In this document: one piece after another, positions 1-10,700 of the stretch
Layout of the letters: each line of letters opens with the position of its first letter
How positions within the stretch are numbered: the stretch's first letter is position 1
From: an uncultured Candidatus Saccharimonadales bacterium
GTDB lineage: Bacteria > Patescibacteriota > Saccharimonadia > UBA4664
Reading direction: 5' to 3'
Assembly (NCBI GenBank): GCA_964467655.1
Contig: CAYXSN010000007.1
Span: 682 to 64,681, forward strand
Length of the DNA stretch: 64,000 nucleotides
The notes under the pieces: generated by a model
What the model was told of the DNA's origin: nothing
Database searches by the model: none
The model's input: only the letters and a program-made list of their open reading frames with translations
Made by a program: the position numbers and the translations under genes

Positions 1-39
1 GGAGGGCAGCCACATCCCCACACCAAATGGGGCCTCCTG

Positions 40-2004
40 ATGAGTTTATTAATCGTCGGGATTTTGAGTGTGGGGCAGCCGGTGCGAGCAGGCACACCGG
101 GAGTGCAAGCCCCAATCGGGCCGCAGAGTGGCAGCGTGTTTACCGGAACATTCACGTTTAATACCTATATTTACTGCACCGCCGGCTATGAGTTTCCCAG
201 TTCATACTCAAGCAATCTGAACGGCACCCATGGCTTTGCCTTCTATGGGGCACCCGATGGTTCATTGCTACTGAGCATTGATGGTGGCGGTTTGATCCTG
301 CTTACCTCATGTGGCGACCCTTTCGGCGGCGCTGCCACCCACGTGGTTACCTATACCGTCACAAAAACCAACGGCGCGCCACCCACGCCCACGCCTACCC
401 CGGCACCTACTCCTACGCCCACCCCGACCCACACTCCTACACCCACGCCCCATGGTGGGGGAGGCGGCTCCACGCCGACACCCGCCCCCACGGCGACACC
501 GGCACCCGGCGCCGGACCAACTGCACCACTGCCACCAGGCCAGACGCCGACGCCCGCCCCCACAGCCACTCCAGTACCGGTTGGCGCTGGTACACCGCCG
601 CCAGCGGCGACCACGCTTGATCCGGTGACGGGCAAACAACAGCCCGCTGCTGCTACGACTCCCGCGGCTGCACCCATAACAACGGCGCCAGGGGGCCAGG
701 CAAGCGGATTAGTGAGCGCCCTAAAAGTGGCCGGCGTTTGGATGGTGAGACTGTTCATCTTGGTGCTGGTGCTGTGGCTCCTCGTCAAACTCGCCAGGCG
801 TACCAGTCTTGGCCAAGTAGCCGGCCGGTGGTTGGGTCCCGTGTGGCACAAACTGTGGGCCCCTATCTGGTTGCGCTGGCTCGAACCGCGGCTATTTAGA
901 TGGCGATATACTTGGCATCGACATCGCGAAGCCTTGAGCCGCCGCCTGAGCACCGCGAGCCACCATGTGCCGCGCACGTTTCGCAGCCGACTCAACTTGA
1001 GTCCGCGTCACCATAGTGGCCAAATGCTGCCGCACCACCACACATCATATCCGTCGTTAGCGCTGCTCATCATCGTAACGACAGTGTTGGCGGCCTCAAT
1101 GAGTTGGAGTAGCCGGGCGGCCACCACCACCCTTAATCTGACAGTGTTCGGACCACCACCAAGCAGTGGCTCAACCATTACGAGTCCAGCCGATGGCGCT
1201 GTGACGGCTACTTCGCCAATCAGCGTGTATGGCACGTGCCCCAGTGGGTTGCTCATCGAGATTTGGAGGGACGGCCTGTTCGCCGGGAGTGACTTCTGTG
1301 ATGGTAGCGGCTTGTTCTCGGTGCTTGTGACGCTCAATACTGGCGCCAACCACTTGGTCGCTCGCACGGCTGATGCTCTCGGTCAGTACGGTCCCGATTC
1401 GTCGTCGGTGACCGTCACGTATAGCCCGCCACCACCCACTCCAACACCGACCCCCAGTGCGTCACCGGCACCACTGACGCCAACGCCCCAACCAACCACC
1501 CGGCCGACCAGCTCGCCAGTGTTCCCAGTCCCTAAACCCACTTCAGTACCGGCGCCCGGCCCTTTGGTGCTTGACCCCGGCCGTCATTTTTACCAGACTG
1601 TCGAGCCGGGCACTCCAGTAGACTTTGAGCTGGCCGTATCCGGCGGAACGGCTCCTTACCGTGTAGCCTGGGATTACGGCGATGGTCATACAGAACAGAC
1701 AACTGCTGCTCAAGCCGGGCCGCTCAAGGCCACCCATAGTTACACCGCGGCCGGCGCTTACCAAGTAACGGTCAGGGTGAGGGACGCTACCGGACGGACA
1801 GCTCTCATCCAGCTGGCTGTCATTGTGAGTGGTCCTACAGGAGTGCCTACCAGTACGACACATGATGACGGCCTCCTGGGATTCGTCTGGCCACTACTTG
1901 TCTTAGTGGCGCTCATCGTTTTGAGCTTCTGGCTGGGGGAGCGACATAAACTCGATCAGGCCCGCCAAACGCTACCTCTTGACAGCCAACGTCATACCAC
2001 TTAA
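40..2004 (+). CDS. Membrane-anchored surface protein with Pro/Thr linkers, Ig-like domain and PKD domain (probably 5'-truncated by window edge)
   Basis: PTPTP linkers, three hydrophobic segments, PKD motif WDYGDG...HSYTAAGAYQVTV; frame is open back to position 1. Confidence 0.8.
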   Translation: MSLLIVGILSVGQPVRAGTPGVQAPIGPQSGSVFTGTFTFNTYIYCTAGYEFPSSYSSNLNGTHGFAFYGAPDGSLLLSIDGGGLILLTSCGDPFGGAATHVVTYTVTKTNGAPPTPTPTPAPTPTPTPTHTPTPTPHGGGGGSTPTPAPTATPAPGAGPTAPLPPGQTPTPAPTATPVPVGAGTPPPAATTLDPVTGKQQPAAATTPAAAPITTAPGGQASGLVSALKVAGVWMVRLFILVLVLWLLVKLARRTSLGQVAGRWLGPVWHKLWAPIWLRWLEPRLFRWRYTWHRHREALSRRLSTASHHVPRTFRSRLNLSPRHHSGQMLPHHHTSYPSLALLIIVTTVLAASMSWSSRAATTTLNLTVFGPPPSSGSTITSPADGAVTATSPISVYGTCPSGLLIEIWRDGLFAGSDFCDGSGLFSVLVTLNTGANHLVARTADALGQYGPDSSSVTVTYSPPPPTPTPTPSASPAPLTPTPQPTTRPTSSPVFPVPKPTSVPAPGPLVLDPGRHFYQTVEPGTPVDFELAVSGGTAPYRVAWDYGDGHTEQTTAAQAGPLKATHSYTAAGAYQVTVRVRDATGRTALIQLAVIVSGPTGVPTSTTHDDGLLGFVWPLLVLVALIVLSFWLGERHKLDQARQTLPLDSQRHTT

Positions 2005-2076
2005 GCTTGATGCATAAGCCCAAAACAGGCTTACCAAAACACTAAAACCAAACATAAAAAGAAAGCAATACGACTC

Positions 2077-3174
2077 ATGATCCGTACTTCTCGTACTCGC
2101 CGTATCCGCAGTGCCGGGCTCGCTCGCGCTTGGATAGCGGCTGTTTTAGTGGTCGGGGGATTGTTCGTGCCCTGGCTCAACGCGCAGGCGGCTACATTGT
2201 CCGCCGCATCCATCGCCCTATCCGACCCTCGTCCGAACACGCCGTCAGTGAATTACACGTTTACCGCCTCGAGCGTATCCACCGGCGGTCCAGGTTTGAT
2301 TCGTTGCATCAAGATGGTGTATGCCGATGCTCCCAGCGCCGGCTCAGTGCCCGCCGGCATGACAACAACGGGCGCAACCGTTAACACCGCTGGTACCAAC
2401 TATGTGCCGACCCCGGCCAGCTGGACCCTCAATGCGACCACGAACGGCACCCTGCAACTGACACTAGCCGGTGGCGAAACTCCCGCCAGTGGTACCGCCA
2501 GAACCGTGAGTATCAATGGCATCACCAACGGCAGCACCGCCAATACTGCCTACTTCCTGCGCTTCAATACCTATTCAAACACCGACTGCGCCACCGGTCC
2601 AGTTGATTCGACAGTTGTCCAGTTCATCATGACCAATGGCTCAACCTTGTCACTGACCGTCGACAACACCTTGACGTTTACCGTAAATGCTGTGGCCTCA
2701 GGTCAGACCTGTAACGGAGCTACCTCGACTGCGGCGTCAACTTCAACCACCATTCCGTTTGGTACCGTATCGCCGGCCTCAAACGCCATCGTCTGCCAAG
2801 ACCTCACAGCCTCTACCAACGCCACCAACGGCTACACCATCTACGCCCGCTATACAGCCGCCCCCACCAACACGCTGTCGCAGACCATTGACCCCGTCTC
2901 TGGATCAAACGCTACACCAGCCGCTTTCAGTGCTGCCGGAACCGAAGCATATGGGTACACTACCAACGATTTCACGCTGGGTACGGGCACTGCCGGCCGC
3001 TTCAACTCAAATCTCTGGGCTGCTATGACCACCAGCAACGCCGAAGTTGGCTATGAATCGGCTGGTGTGACCTCTACGACCTATCGCATCGGTCACCAGG
3101 TCGGCGTCTCTACTCTGACTCAGCCGGGTACCTACACCACGACAGTTATTTACACCTGTACGCCGGTCTTCTAG
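2077..3174 (+). CDS. Secreted WxL-like cell-surface protein, paralog 1
   Basis: Signal peptide ending AQA; Thr/Ser-rich beta protein; C-terminus PGTYTTTVIYTCTPVF resembles the WxL terminal GxYxxxLxWxL strand. Confidence 0.65.
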   Translation: MIRTSRTRRIRSAGLARAWIAAVLVVGGLFVPWLNAQAATLSAASIALSDPRPNTPSVNYTFTASSVSTGGPGLIRCIKMVYADAPSAGSVPAGMTTTGATVNTAGTNYVPTPASWTLNATTNGTLQLTLAGGETPASGTARTVSINGITNGSTANTAYFLRFNTYSNTDCATGPVDSTVVQFIMTNGSTLSLTVDNTLTFTVNAVASGQTCNGATSTAASTSTTIPFGTVSPASNAIVCQDLTASTNATNGYTIYARYTAAPTNTLSQTIDPVSGSNATPAAFSAAGTEAYGYTTNDFTLGTGTAGRFNSNLWAAMTTSNAEVGYESAGVTSTTYRIGHQVGVSTLTQPGTYTTTVIYTCTPVF

Positions 3175-3320
3175 GCTCAACTCGCAGAACGTTAATTGCC
3201 GGTCCATTTTCCCACAAGCATCTGCTCCCTATCTGAAGCATAAGGGGTTTGACAAGCGCGTGTTGTATTCGTTACACTTCTAGCAAGTACACATTAAAAG
3301 CTTGCTGGAGAAATAAAAAC

Positions 3321-4445
3321 GTGAACCGATTCACGCGTGCGGCCCATGCCTTGGGCGTACCGGTTGTCAAACCAAACCGTTCGTTTGCCGTCAAAACCAT
3401 ATCACTTGCGTACGTACTTGCTGAGATATTCTTGCCTGCCGGCTTGGCTCACGCTGCTACCTTCTCGAATGCCCGAGTGTCCTTGAGTGACCCTCGACCA
3501 AGTGCCACCAGTGTCGACTACACAGTGACGGTATCAAATGTCACCAGCGGTACCATTAAATGCATTAAGGCCGACTTCTCGTCCAGCCCCAGTTCATCGA
3601 GTGCCATCGGCAACGGCTTTACGGCTGCCAGCGCTACTATTACGGCTGCTTCGTCTACGCTCGTCAACAGCACATCGAGCGGCTGGACGGCCACGCCGGC
3701 TACAGATCAGATAACGTACACCAATACTACAGGCATCACTCCCGGTACCACCACTGGCGCCACCTTCGTAATTGCCGGCGTGACCAACTCAAGTGTCAAC
3801 AATACGTCGTATTGGTTAAGGTTTAATACTTATAACAATACCGATTGCGCTACGAGCCCCGTCGACAATACCACCATGGGCTTCATCTTTACGCAAGGCT
3901 CAACACTCTCACTGACAGTCGACCAAACACTTACTTTCACCGTGAACTCAGTTGCCACATCCCAAAGCTGCGGTGGGGGTACATCGACGAGCGGTTCGAC
4001 TGCCACCACCATTCCTTTCGGTACTGTCACAACGGCCGCAAACGGCCTGGTCTGTCAAGACCTCACAGCCTCCACCAATGCCACCAACGGCTACACCATC
4101 TTTGCCCGCTATACAGCCGCGCCCACCAACGGTACCGGCCAGACCATTGACCCAGTCTCGGGATCAAACGCTTCACCAGGCTCCTTCCCGGCTGCCGGCG
4201 CCACAGAGGCCTACGGCTACACCACCAATGACCAGACCCTCGGTACCGGCACCGCCAACCGATTCTACAATGGCAGCACCTATTCCTACGCTGCCATGAC
4301 GACAAGTAACGCCGAAGTGGCCTATGAGTCAGCCGGCGTCAGCTCCACCACGTACCGGATTGCCCACCAGGTCGGCATCACAGCACTGACCGACCCGGGT
4401 ACCTACAGCACGACAGTAATCTACACTTGCACTCCGGTATACTAG
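3321..4445 (+). CDS. Secreted WxL-like cell-surface protein, paralog 2
   Basis: Paralog of 2077-3174 (LSDPRP, CQDLTASTNATNGYTI, PGTYSTTVIYTCTPVY); GTG start at 3321 after GGAG. Confidence 0.65.
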   Translation: MNRFTRAAHALGVPVVKPNRSFAVKTISLAYVLAEIFLPAGLAHAATFSNARVSLSDPRPSATSVDYTVTVSNVTSGTIKCIKADFSSSPSSSSAIGNGFTAASATITAASSTLVNSTSSGWTATPATDQITYTNTTGITPGTTTGATFVIAGVTNSSVNNTSYWLRFNTYNNTDCATSPVDNTTMGFIFTQGSTLSLTVDQTLTFTVNSVATSQSCGGGTSTSGSTATTIPFGTVTTAANGLVCQDLTASTNATNGYTIFARYTAAPTNGTGQTIDPVSGSNASPGSFPAAGATEAYGYTTNDQTLGTGTANRFYNGSTYSYAAMTTSNAEVAYESAGVSSTTYRIAHQVGITALTDPGTYSTTVIYTCTPVY

Positions 4446-4446
4446 A

Positions 4447-5400
4447 TTGAAACGCTCCACCTCGCGTCACTTCTCTCTAGCGGCAGCGGCCTCCTTCACG
4501 GGGGCCCTGCTGTGGTTCGGTGGTACTGCCCAGGCGGCGAATAGCGCTAGTTTCCAAATCTCGCCGCCCACCGCCAATTATGCCGGAGACCCCGGCAGTG
4601 TCTCCAAGGGCACTATGAAAATAACCAACCTGACAGATACGCCTTTAGTTCTCAATGTCTCGAAACAAAATTTTGTGGCCAAAGGCGAAGAAGGTGAGAT
4701 AGAGCTGGTCGATAACGCTAACCCGCTTTATTCACTTGCTCCTTGGTTTAACATTCCTTCAGGTCAGGTTGAAGTGGGAGCCCGAGCTACCAAAGAAGTG
4801 ACATACACGATTTCGATTCCAGCCAATGCCGAGCCCGGCGGCCGTTATGGCTCAATTGTGTTTTCAACGATTCCACCGAAACTGCCTTCAGGTCAGTCGG
4901 GTGCCACCGTCCAACAAAACTTGGCCGGAGTGATCTTCCAGCGCATCAATGGTGATGCCAAGGAAGAACTCAAGCTCGAAAGCTTTACCACCGAGAAGAG
5001 TTTTTACGAGTATGCACCCATTAAATTTTTCACAAGGATTTCCAACCAGGGTAATGTCCACGAGAAGCCAACCGGCACGATTACCATCAAGAACTTTCTC
5101 GGTATGAAAGTGGCTGAGGTGCCATTAGACGAGCACTTCATTATCCCCGGTTCAACCCGACGCCTCACCAATGTTTGGCCTGACGGCGATACAAAGCCTT
5201 GGTTGATCGGCAAGTATACGGCTGAGCTCAAGGCTACCTATACCGGTGACCAGACGATCACTGGCACTACCACCTTTGTGGTGGTACCTTGGAAGCCTTT
5301 GGCGGCTGCCGGCACCGTTCTCATTGTGATATTCCTGGTCTTCTGGAAGGGTCGCAAGCGGCTGTCTCGCGCCGTTCGCATACTCGCCGGCCGCGAATAA
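4447..5400 (+). CDS. DUF916/DUF3324-like WxL-interacting membrane protein
   Basis: Signal peptide, AEPGGRYGSIVF and NQGNVHEKPTGTITIKN motifs, C-terminal TM plus basic tail. Confidence 0.65.
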   Translation: MKRSTSRHFSLAAAASFTGALLWFGGTAQAANSASFQISPPTANYAGDPGSVSKGTMKITNLTDTPLVLNVSKQNFVAKGEEGEIELVDNANPLYSLAPWFNIPSGQVEVGARATKEVTYTISIPANAEPGGRYGSIVFSTIPPKLPSGQSGATVQQNLAGVIFQRINGDAKEELKLESFTTEKSFYEYAPIKFFTRISNQGNVHEKPTGTITIKNFLGMKVAEVPLDEHFIIPGSTRRLTNVWPDGDTKPWLIGKYTAELKATYTGDQTITGTTTFVVVPWKPLAAAGTVLIVIFLVFWKGRKRLSRAVRILAGRE

Positions 5401-5420
5401 GCTTTGCTATAATACTCACC

Positions 5421-6836
5421 ATGAAGCCGTGGAGAGCTCAAGTAAATACTCAAAGGCTTGTCCGTCGGCCCAACCTATTTAGTTGGCGAGGTGCCTTGGT
5501 ATGTGCCGGCTTGTCGGCTCTGCTGGCTTCGGCGTCACACCAGGCCTCAGCCGATCTGATGCAAAGCTCGAATTTCAGGCTTGACCCCAATGTTGCCTCA
5601 AGCTTTGGTGGCACGGGCAGCTCAACCAATTATCAGATGTCGTCGACCGGTGGCGAACCCATTGTGGGCGCCGGGGCCAGTCAGAGCTTCAAGCTGGGCG
5701 GCGGTTACAATGCGCAGCTGCCACACTCCATCCAGCTGTCGGTTTTACCCAGTGGTACCGTGGCCGACTGGTCGCTCGATACTGGTACCGGTACGGCGGC
5801 CTACGACAATTCACTCACGGGCAATGACGGCATTTTACAAAATGCACCCACTTGGGTGACCGGCATTGTCAACCAAGGTATCCAGCTGAACGGTACCACG
5901 CAATACCTGTCGACAGGATTATCGAGTACCGCCCCCCAGGTGTTTACTATTGAGATCTGGTTTAAAACCACCACATCCAGTGGAGGTCGGCTGATGGGCT
6001 TCGGCAGTTCTTCGACAGGTGCCAGCGGTACCCTCGACAGGCATTTGTACCTCGATAACGCCGGCCACGTCATCTGGGGCGTGACTTCAAGTGGCAACCA
6101 GACGGTGACAACGACAGCCACATATAACGACGGGTCGTGGCATCATGTGGCCGCCAGCCTGGGCAGCGGCGGCCTGCTGCTCAACGTCGACGGTGTCCGT
6201 CAGGGTACCAATCAAAGCATCACGTCGGCTTCAAGCTATAGTGGGTACTGGCGCATCGGTTACGACAATTTGGCGGGCTGGACGAGCGCTCCCAGCTCAA
6301 ATTACCTAGCAGCTTCAGTTGATGAAGCGCGAGTGTATAACCGCCAGCTAACCGACCAGGAGATCACCAACGATTACGTCGCCGGGGCATCCAGCCTGCA
6401 AAACGCTTTCACCTTGCCCGATATTGTGCCCGGTACCTCGCAAACGTACTTGGCCGACGCCATCGTGCGCACCGAGGCAGCTGGTTATGATCTGTACGTC
6501 AACAAAACCGCCCCTGTTACCCACACTGATAACACCACCACCATCCCTGACATTTCTGGTAGCATTGCCAGCCCTTCAGCCTGGACCGAAGGTACCACCA
6601 AAGGCGTCGGCTTCACCCTCACCGCCGGTACCCAACTCGAAGGCTCATGGGGCACCAACCCCAATTACATGTATGCTGCGATTCCGTCATCGAGTACCTT
6701 ATTCCACTCACGGACCGGCGAAAACGCTGGCGTTGCCGAAGCCACCACGGTGCAATACCGGGCCGACACCAATAGCACCCAGAAGCAAGGCTTGTACTCA
6801 ACCACTGTCATTTACTCAGCGACGGCTAAGCCATGA
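5421..6836 (+). CDS. LamG-like jellyroll protein with WxL-like C-terminus
   Basis: FTIEIWFKT, NDGSWHHVAA, VDEARVYNRQLT (LamG_3-like); C-terminus QGLYSTTVIYSATAKP; TGnTATAAT 7 nt before ATG 5421. Confidence 0.75.
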   Translation: MKPWRAQVNTQRLVRRPNLFSWRGALVCAGLSALLASASHQASADLMQSSNFRLDPNVASSFGGTGSSTNYQMSSTGGEPIVGAGASQSFKLGGGYNAQLPHSIQLSVLPSGTVADWSLDTGTGTAAYDNSLTGNDGILQNAPTWVTGIVNQGIQLNGTTQYLSTGLSSTAPQVFTIEIWFKTTTSSGGRLMGFGSSSTGASGTLDRHLYLDNAGHVIWGVTSSGNQTVTTTATYNDGSWHHVAASLGSGGLLLNVDGVRQGTNQSITSASSYSGYWRIGYDNLAGWTSAPSSNYLAASVDEARVYNRQLTDQEITNDYVAGASSLQNAFTLPDIVPGTSQTYLADAIVRTEAAGYDLYVNKTAPVTHTDNTTTIPDISGSIASPSAWTEGTTKGVGFTLTAGTQLEGSWGTNPNYMYAAIPSSSTLFHSRTGENAGVAEATTVQYRADTNSTQKQGLYSTTVIYSATAKP

Positions 6837-7735
6837 AGCACTGGCGTTTAACCATGGCCGGCCTGACCGGCGGCTTGGCCATGCTGTGCCTTTGGCCCGC
6901 GGCCGCCAATGCCGGCAGCACCAGCCTGCAGGTGGCACCGCTCCAGTATGAAGCCAAGCTTGAGTCCGGTAAAGTATCAACCGGCTTCATCGATGTAGCC
7001 AACCCCACAGGTACCACCATTACGATTCAATCGTCAGTCCGCGGTTTCAAGCAGACCGGTACCGATGGCGGCCTGGAATTTTTTGACGATCCTATTCTAG
7101 CCGCTGCCATCAAACCGGGCCTAACTGAATTTGCCTTGGGACCGCGCGAGGCAGTCAGGGTGGTGTTTAGCGTCGACGCGACTAAACTGCCTCAGGGCGG
7201 CGTCTATGCGGCTATCTTTTTCAATACGGCACCGCCCCGGGAATCGGCCAGCCATTCCTACATTGCCGAAATCGCCAATATTGGCACTCTACTACTGCTG
7301 ACCAACGGCGAAGGCAGTACCCACCAGGGTCAAGTCCAAGGCTTGATGCTTAAACACTGGCAATGGGGGAGTAGTCTTGAGGGCGCCTTCTCGTTTACCA
7401 ATACCGACCACACAGCCCAGCCCGTCGGGTTTAAGCCGCAGTTGAATGTGAGGGTCATGCCATGGGGTCACCGCCAGGACACCGAGACCGGCTTTGTGCT
7501 TCCGGGTACAACCAGGCAGTTTAGTTTCACGAGACCCGGCGCGTATTTTGGCCTGCTAACGGTGACCGTAGCCGATGCCGATACTGGCACTCATACGACC
7601 AGCTGGGTACTCGCCTGTACCGGCTGGTGCCGCTGGGCAGTACCTGTCGTCATTGTGGCCCTGGGTTATATGGTATACCACTGGCGGCAACGTCGCCGCT
7701 TGCCAGTGGCCAATGACCAGTCAGCCACTGATTAA
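6833..7735 (+). CDS. Second DUF916-like membrane protein
   Basis: SLQVAPL, LPQGGVYAAIFF, VLPGTTRQF parallel the motifs of 4447-5400; C-terminal TM. Confidence 0.6.
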   Translation: MKHWRLTMAGLTGGLAMLCLWPAAANAGSTSLQVAPLQYEAKLESGKVSTGFIDVANPTGTTITIQSSVRGFKQTGTDGGLEFFDDPILAAAIKPGLTEFALGPREAVRVVFSVDATKLPQGGVYAAIFFNTAPPRESASHSYIAEIANIGTLLLLTNGEGSTHQGQVQGLMLKHWQWGSSLEGAFSFTNTDHTAQPVGFKPQLNVRVMPWGHRQDTETGFVLPGTTRQFSFTRPGAYFGLLTVTVADADTGTHTTSWVLACTGWCRWAVPVVIVALGYMVYHWRQRRRLPVANDQSATD

Positions 7736-7786
7736 CATCTTGATCGCACCATAAGCGGGATGGTATAATCAAAGCCATAACCAAGG

Positions 7787-10700
7787 TTGTGCATGGTGTA
7801 TCGCCGACAGCGAAGTGTCAGGGTATTGCAATACCTGGCTACCGCGGGCAGTATTCTGGCAACCCTTTTTGGCGTGCTTGAGACGAGCCAATCAGCCCAA
7901 GCCGCCCAGACAGTTCCATATCTGATAAACTTCCAGGGCCGCCTTACCAACAACGCAGGCAGCACCGTCGCCGATGGTTCATACAACATCAAGTTCACAC
8001 TGTATGACGCCTCCTCTGGCGGCACCAACCGTTGGCAAGCCAGCCGGGTGAGGGGCGCCTCGGATAACCGGGTGACGGTCACCAACGGTCTATTTAACAT
8101 CCAGTTTGGCGACGCCACCAAGGGCGACCCGGCCCTCAGCCCAAGTCTCTTTAATACCCAGACTTACGCCAATCTGTATCTGGAAGTCGAGCTGCCAATG
8201 CCTGCCACGGCCACGTGCTCAACCAATGGCTGCGCAGTATTCACCGAAGGTCCCATGACGCCTCGGCAGCGGGTCGCTAGCGCACCTTACGCCATGCAGT
8301 CAGATACACTTGACGGATTCGATAGCTCAGACTTTGGTCAGCTGGCCGCCGCCAACACCTTCACTGGCGCCAACTTGTTTGCCCCCACTACCAGCAGTAC
8401 TGTTGCTCTCACGGTGAAGGCCACCACTGCTGGCAGCACCAATAGCCTGGAAATCTTTGACTCCAGCGGCGTCCGCCAAGGTTATTTCAATGCCAGTGGC
8501 GGGCTCAACCTCAGTCAGGCCATCACCGCCCCCACCAGCACTAATACCATCAATAACCTGGTGGTTAACAACGGGGCCTTGTCAAATATTTCTGGCTACG
8601 TTCAAGGTTCGGGCACCTTTAGCCTGACGAGCACCACGGCTACAGGCAATGTGTTTGCCGTAGCCGACGCTTCGTTAACCGGCAACGGCGCCAACTTGAG
8701 CAATTTCAGCTTCACCAACGCCAATACCTCAGCCAGCGCCACCACCGTTAATGGCGTCCGCTCGGTCCCGACGGGTACCACAAACGCCAACGCCAACGCC
8801 AATACGCTCAATGCTTTTGAAGCTGGCAACGCTACGACTGCCAATAACAACACCATCAATGCCCTCAATATTGGTACCGGCTACACCAATTATGTGACTT
8901 CGACGAACTTGACGATCAATAGCTCAGGCGACATTACGACTGCGTTTACTCAGCTTGATGGCTCAACCACCACCAACGGCACTGGCACCAACTCCACCAG
9001 CATGACGCTTACGAGCGCCACTAATTTCAATATTGGCAACTACATCAGGGTAGCCAACTCGGCCGCCTGTACTACCGGTGGCCCCAATACCTGTTATGCC
9101 AAGATCACGGCCATCGCCGGAAATGTACTCACAATTACACCGGCTCTCACCTGGGCTACGGGTAGGGCAGTCGTTGAGTTTCATATCCCGGAAATTGGCG
9201 GACTTGACCTTACCCAAACCCTGACAAACCGCTACGGCCGCGGATACTTCATCGCTGGCGTTGCCACTGGTAACGGCACCACCTATTACAACGAGGACGG
9301 TATCGATACAAGTGCTTCAGATTTCAGTATCGTTCCCACAGTGACCAACCTGACAATTGGCAACTCGGGCACCACTGTGGCGGTTCCTGGTGCCCTGACT
9401 GTGGCTGGCCAATCAATCGTCAATGGTTCGGGCCAGATCAATGGTGCCCAACTCCAAACCGGTACGGTAGCTAACGCCGCACTGGCCAACTCGAGCCTGA
9501 CAGTCACCGCCGGTACCGGATTATCGGGCGGCGGTTCAGTCAGTTTGGGCGGTTCCAGCCCCGCTCTCAACGTGGTTTATGGTAGTACGAGCACCTCGGC
9601 CGTCCGCGGCGACACCGCCCTCACGTGCCCCGGTGGCACTGGTCAATTGTCTGGCGGCGGTACCAGTATTACGCTCGGATCGGGCGGTACCTGCGGCAAC
9701 ATTAGTATCTCGGCCACGCCTACCTTCACGAGTGTCACCGCCGGCACCTTCACTGGGAGCGGAGCCGTTAGTGTTGCTTCAGGCGGCACCAGTGCCCTGA
9801 CTTTGGACTCACTGAGTGGTGCTTTAGTCTTGGGCTCAAACACAGCTTCAGTCCAAAAATCGGGCACCGCTCTCTCAATTGACCTCAACAGCGCCTCAGC
9901 TAGTACGCTGACAGTTACCAACAGCGGTGCCGGTGTGGCCAGTCTCTCGGTGGAAGGTGGCCTCACCATCGGCAGCGGCACCGCCATCACGGTGGGCGCT
10001 AGCGCCGGCCAAAGCTCCACAGTATCGTGTGGCGCCAACCAGGCAGTCACGGCTGCTACTTTCACCGGTGGCGTGCTCACCACCGCGCCGAGTTGTAGTG
10101 CAATCGCCGGCACCGGCGCCACCACCACGCTTAATAACGTCGGTAGCACCGCCATTGGTGCCGACCTGTTGCCCGGCACCAACAACACCCGCTCCATTGG
10201 CTCAGCTAGTCTCGTTTGGGCGAATATGTATGCGGCTAATCTTGACGCTGGCACCACGACCACAGCCCTCACAGTTGGGACCGCTGGCACCACTACCGCC
10301 ATCACTATTGGTCGAAGTGGATTGCAAGTCAGTATTCCAGGGGGAGTATCTTCATCCGGGAACATTACCACCAGTGGCAATATATCCACAACGAGCTCTG
10401 GAACAATTACATCTGCCGGAGCTATCAGCGCTCCTACAGCTACAAACACCATTAATAATCTTGTAATCAATAATGGTGCGTTATCGAATGTGGGAAATAT
10501 TACCGGAGCGGCGGCCGTAACTTTGGCTTCAACCACCAGTGCTTTAACGCTAGATTCTGGGTCGAACGTATTGGTAGTTGCCGCCAATGACACTACCCTA
10601 CAGCGGACCGCCTCTGGATCCTATACCGTTGATTTAGTTGATGCTGGCGCCACTTCGCTGGCTGTGACCAACTCAAATGGCACCGGTGTGGCCAGTCTCT

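Noticed and set aside
380-1500. Pro/Thr repeats as DNA tandem repeats
   Set aside because: Codons vary; explained by protein linkers.
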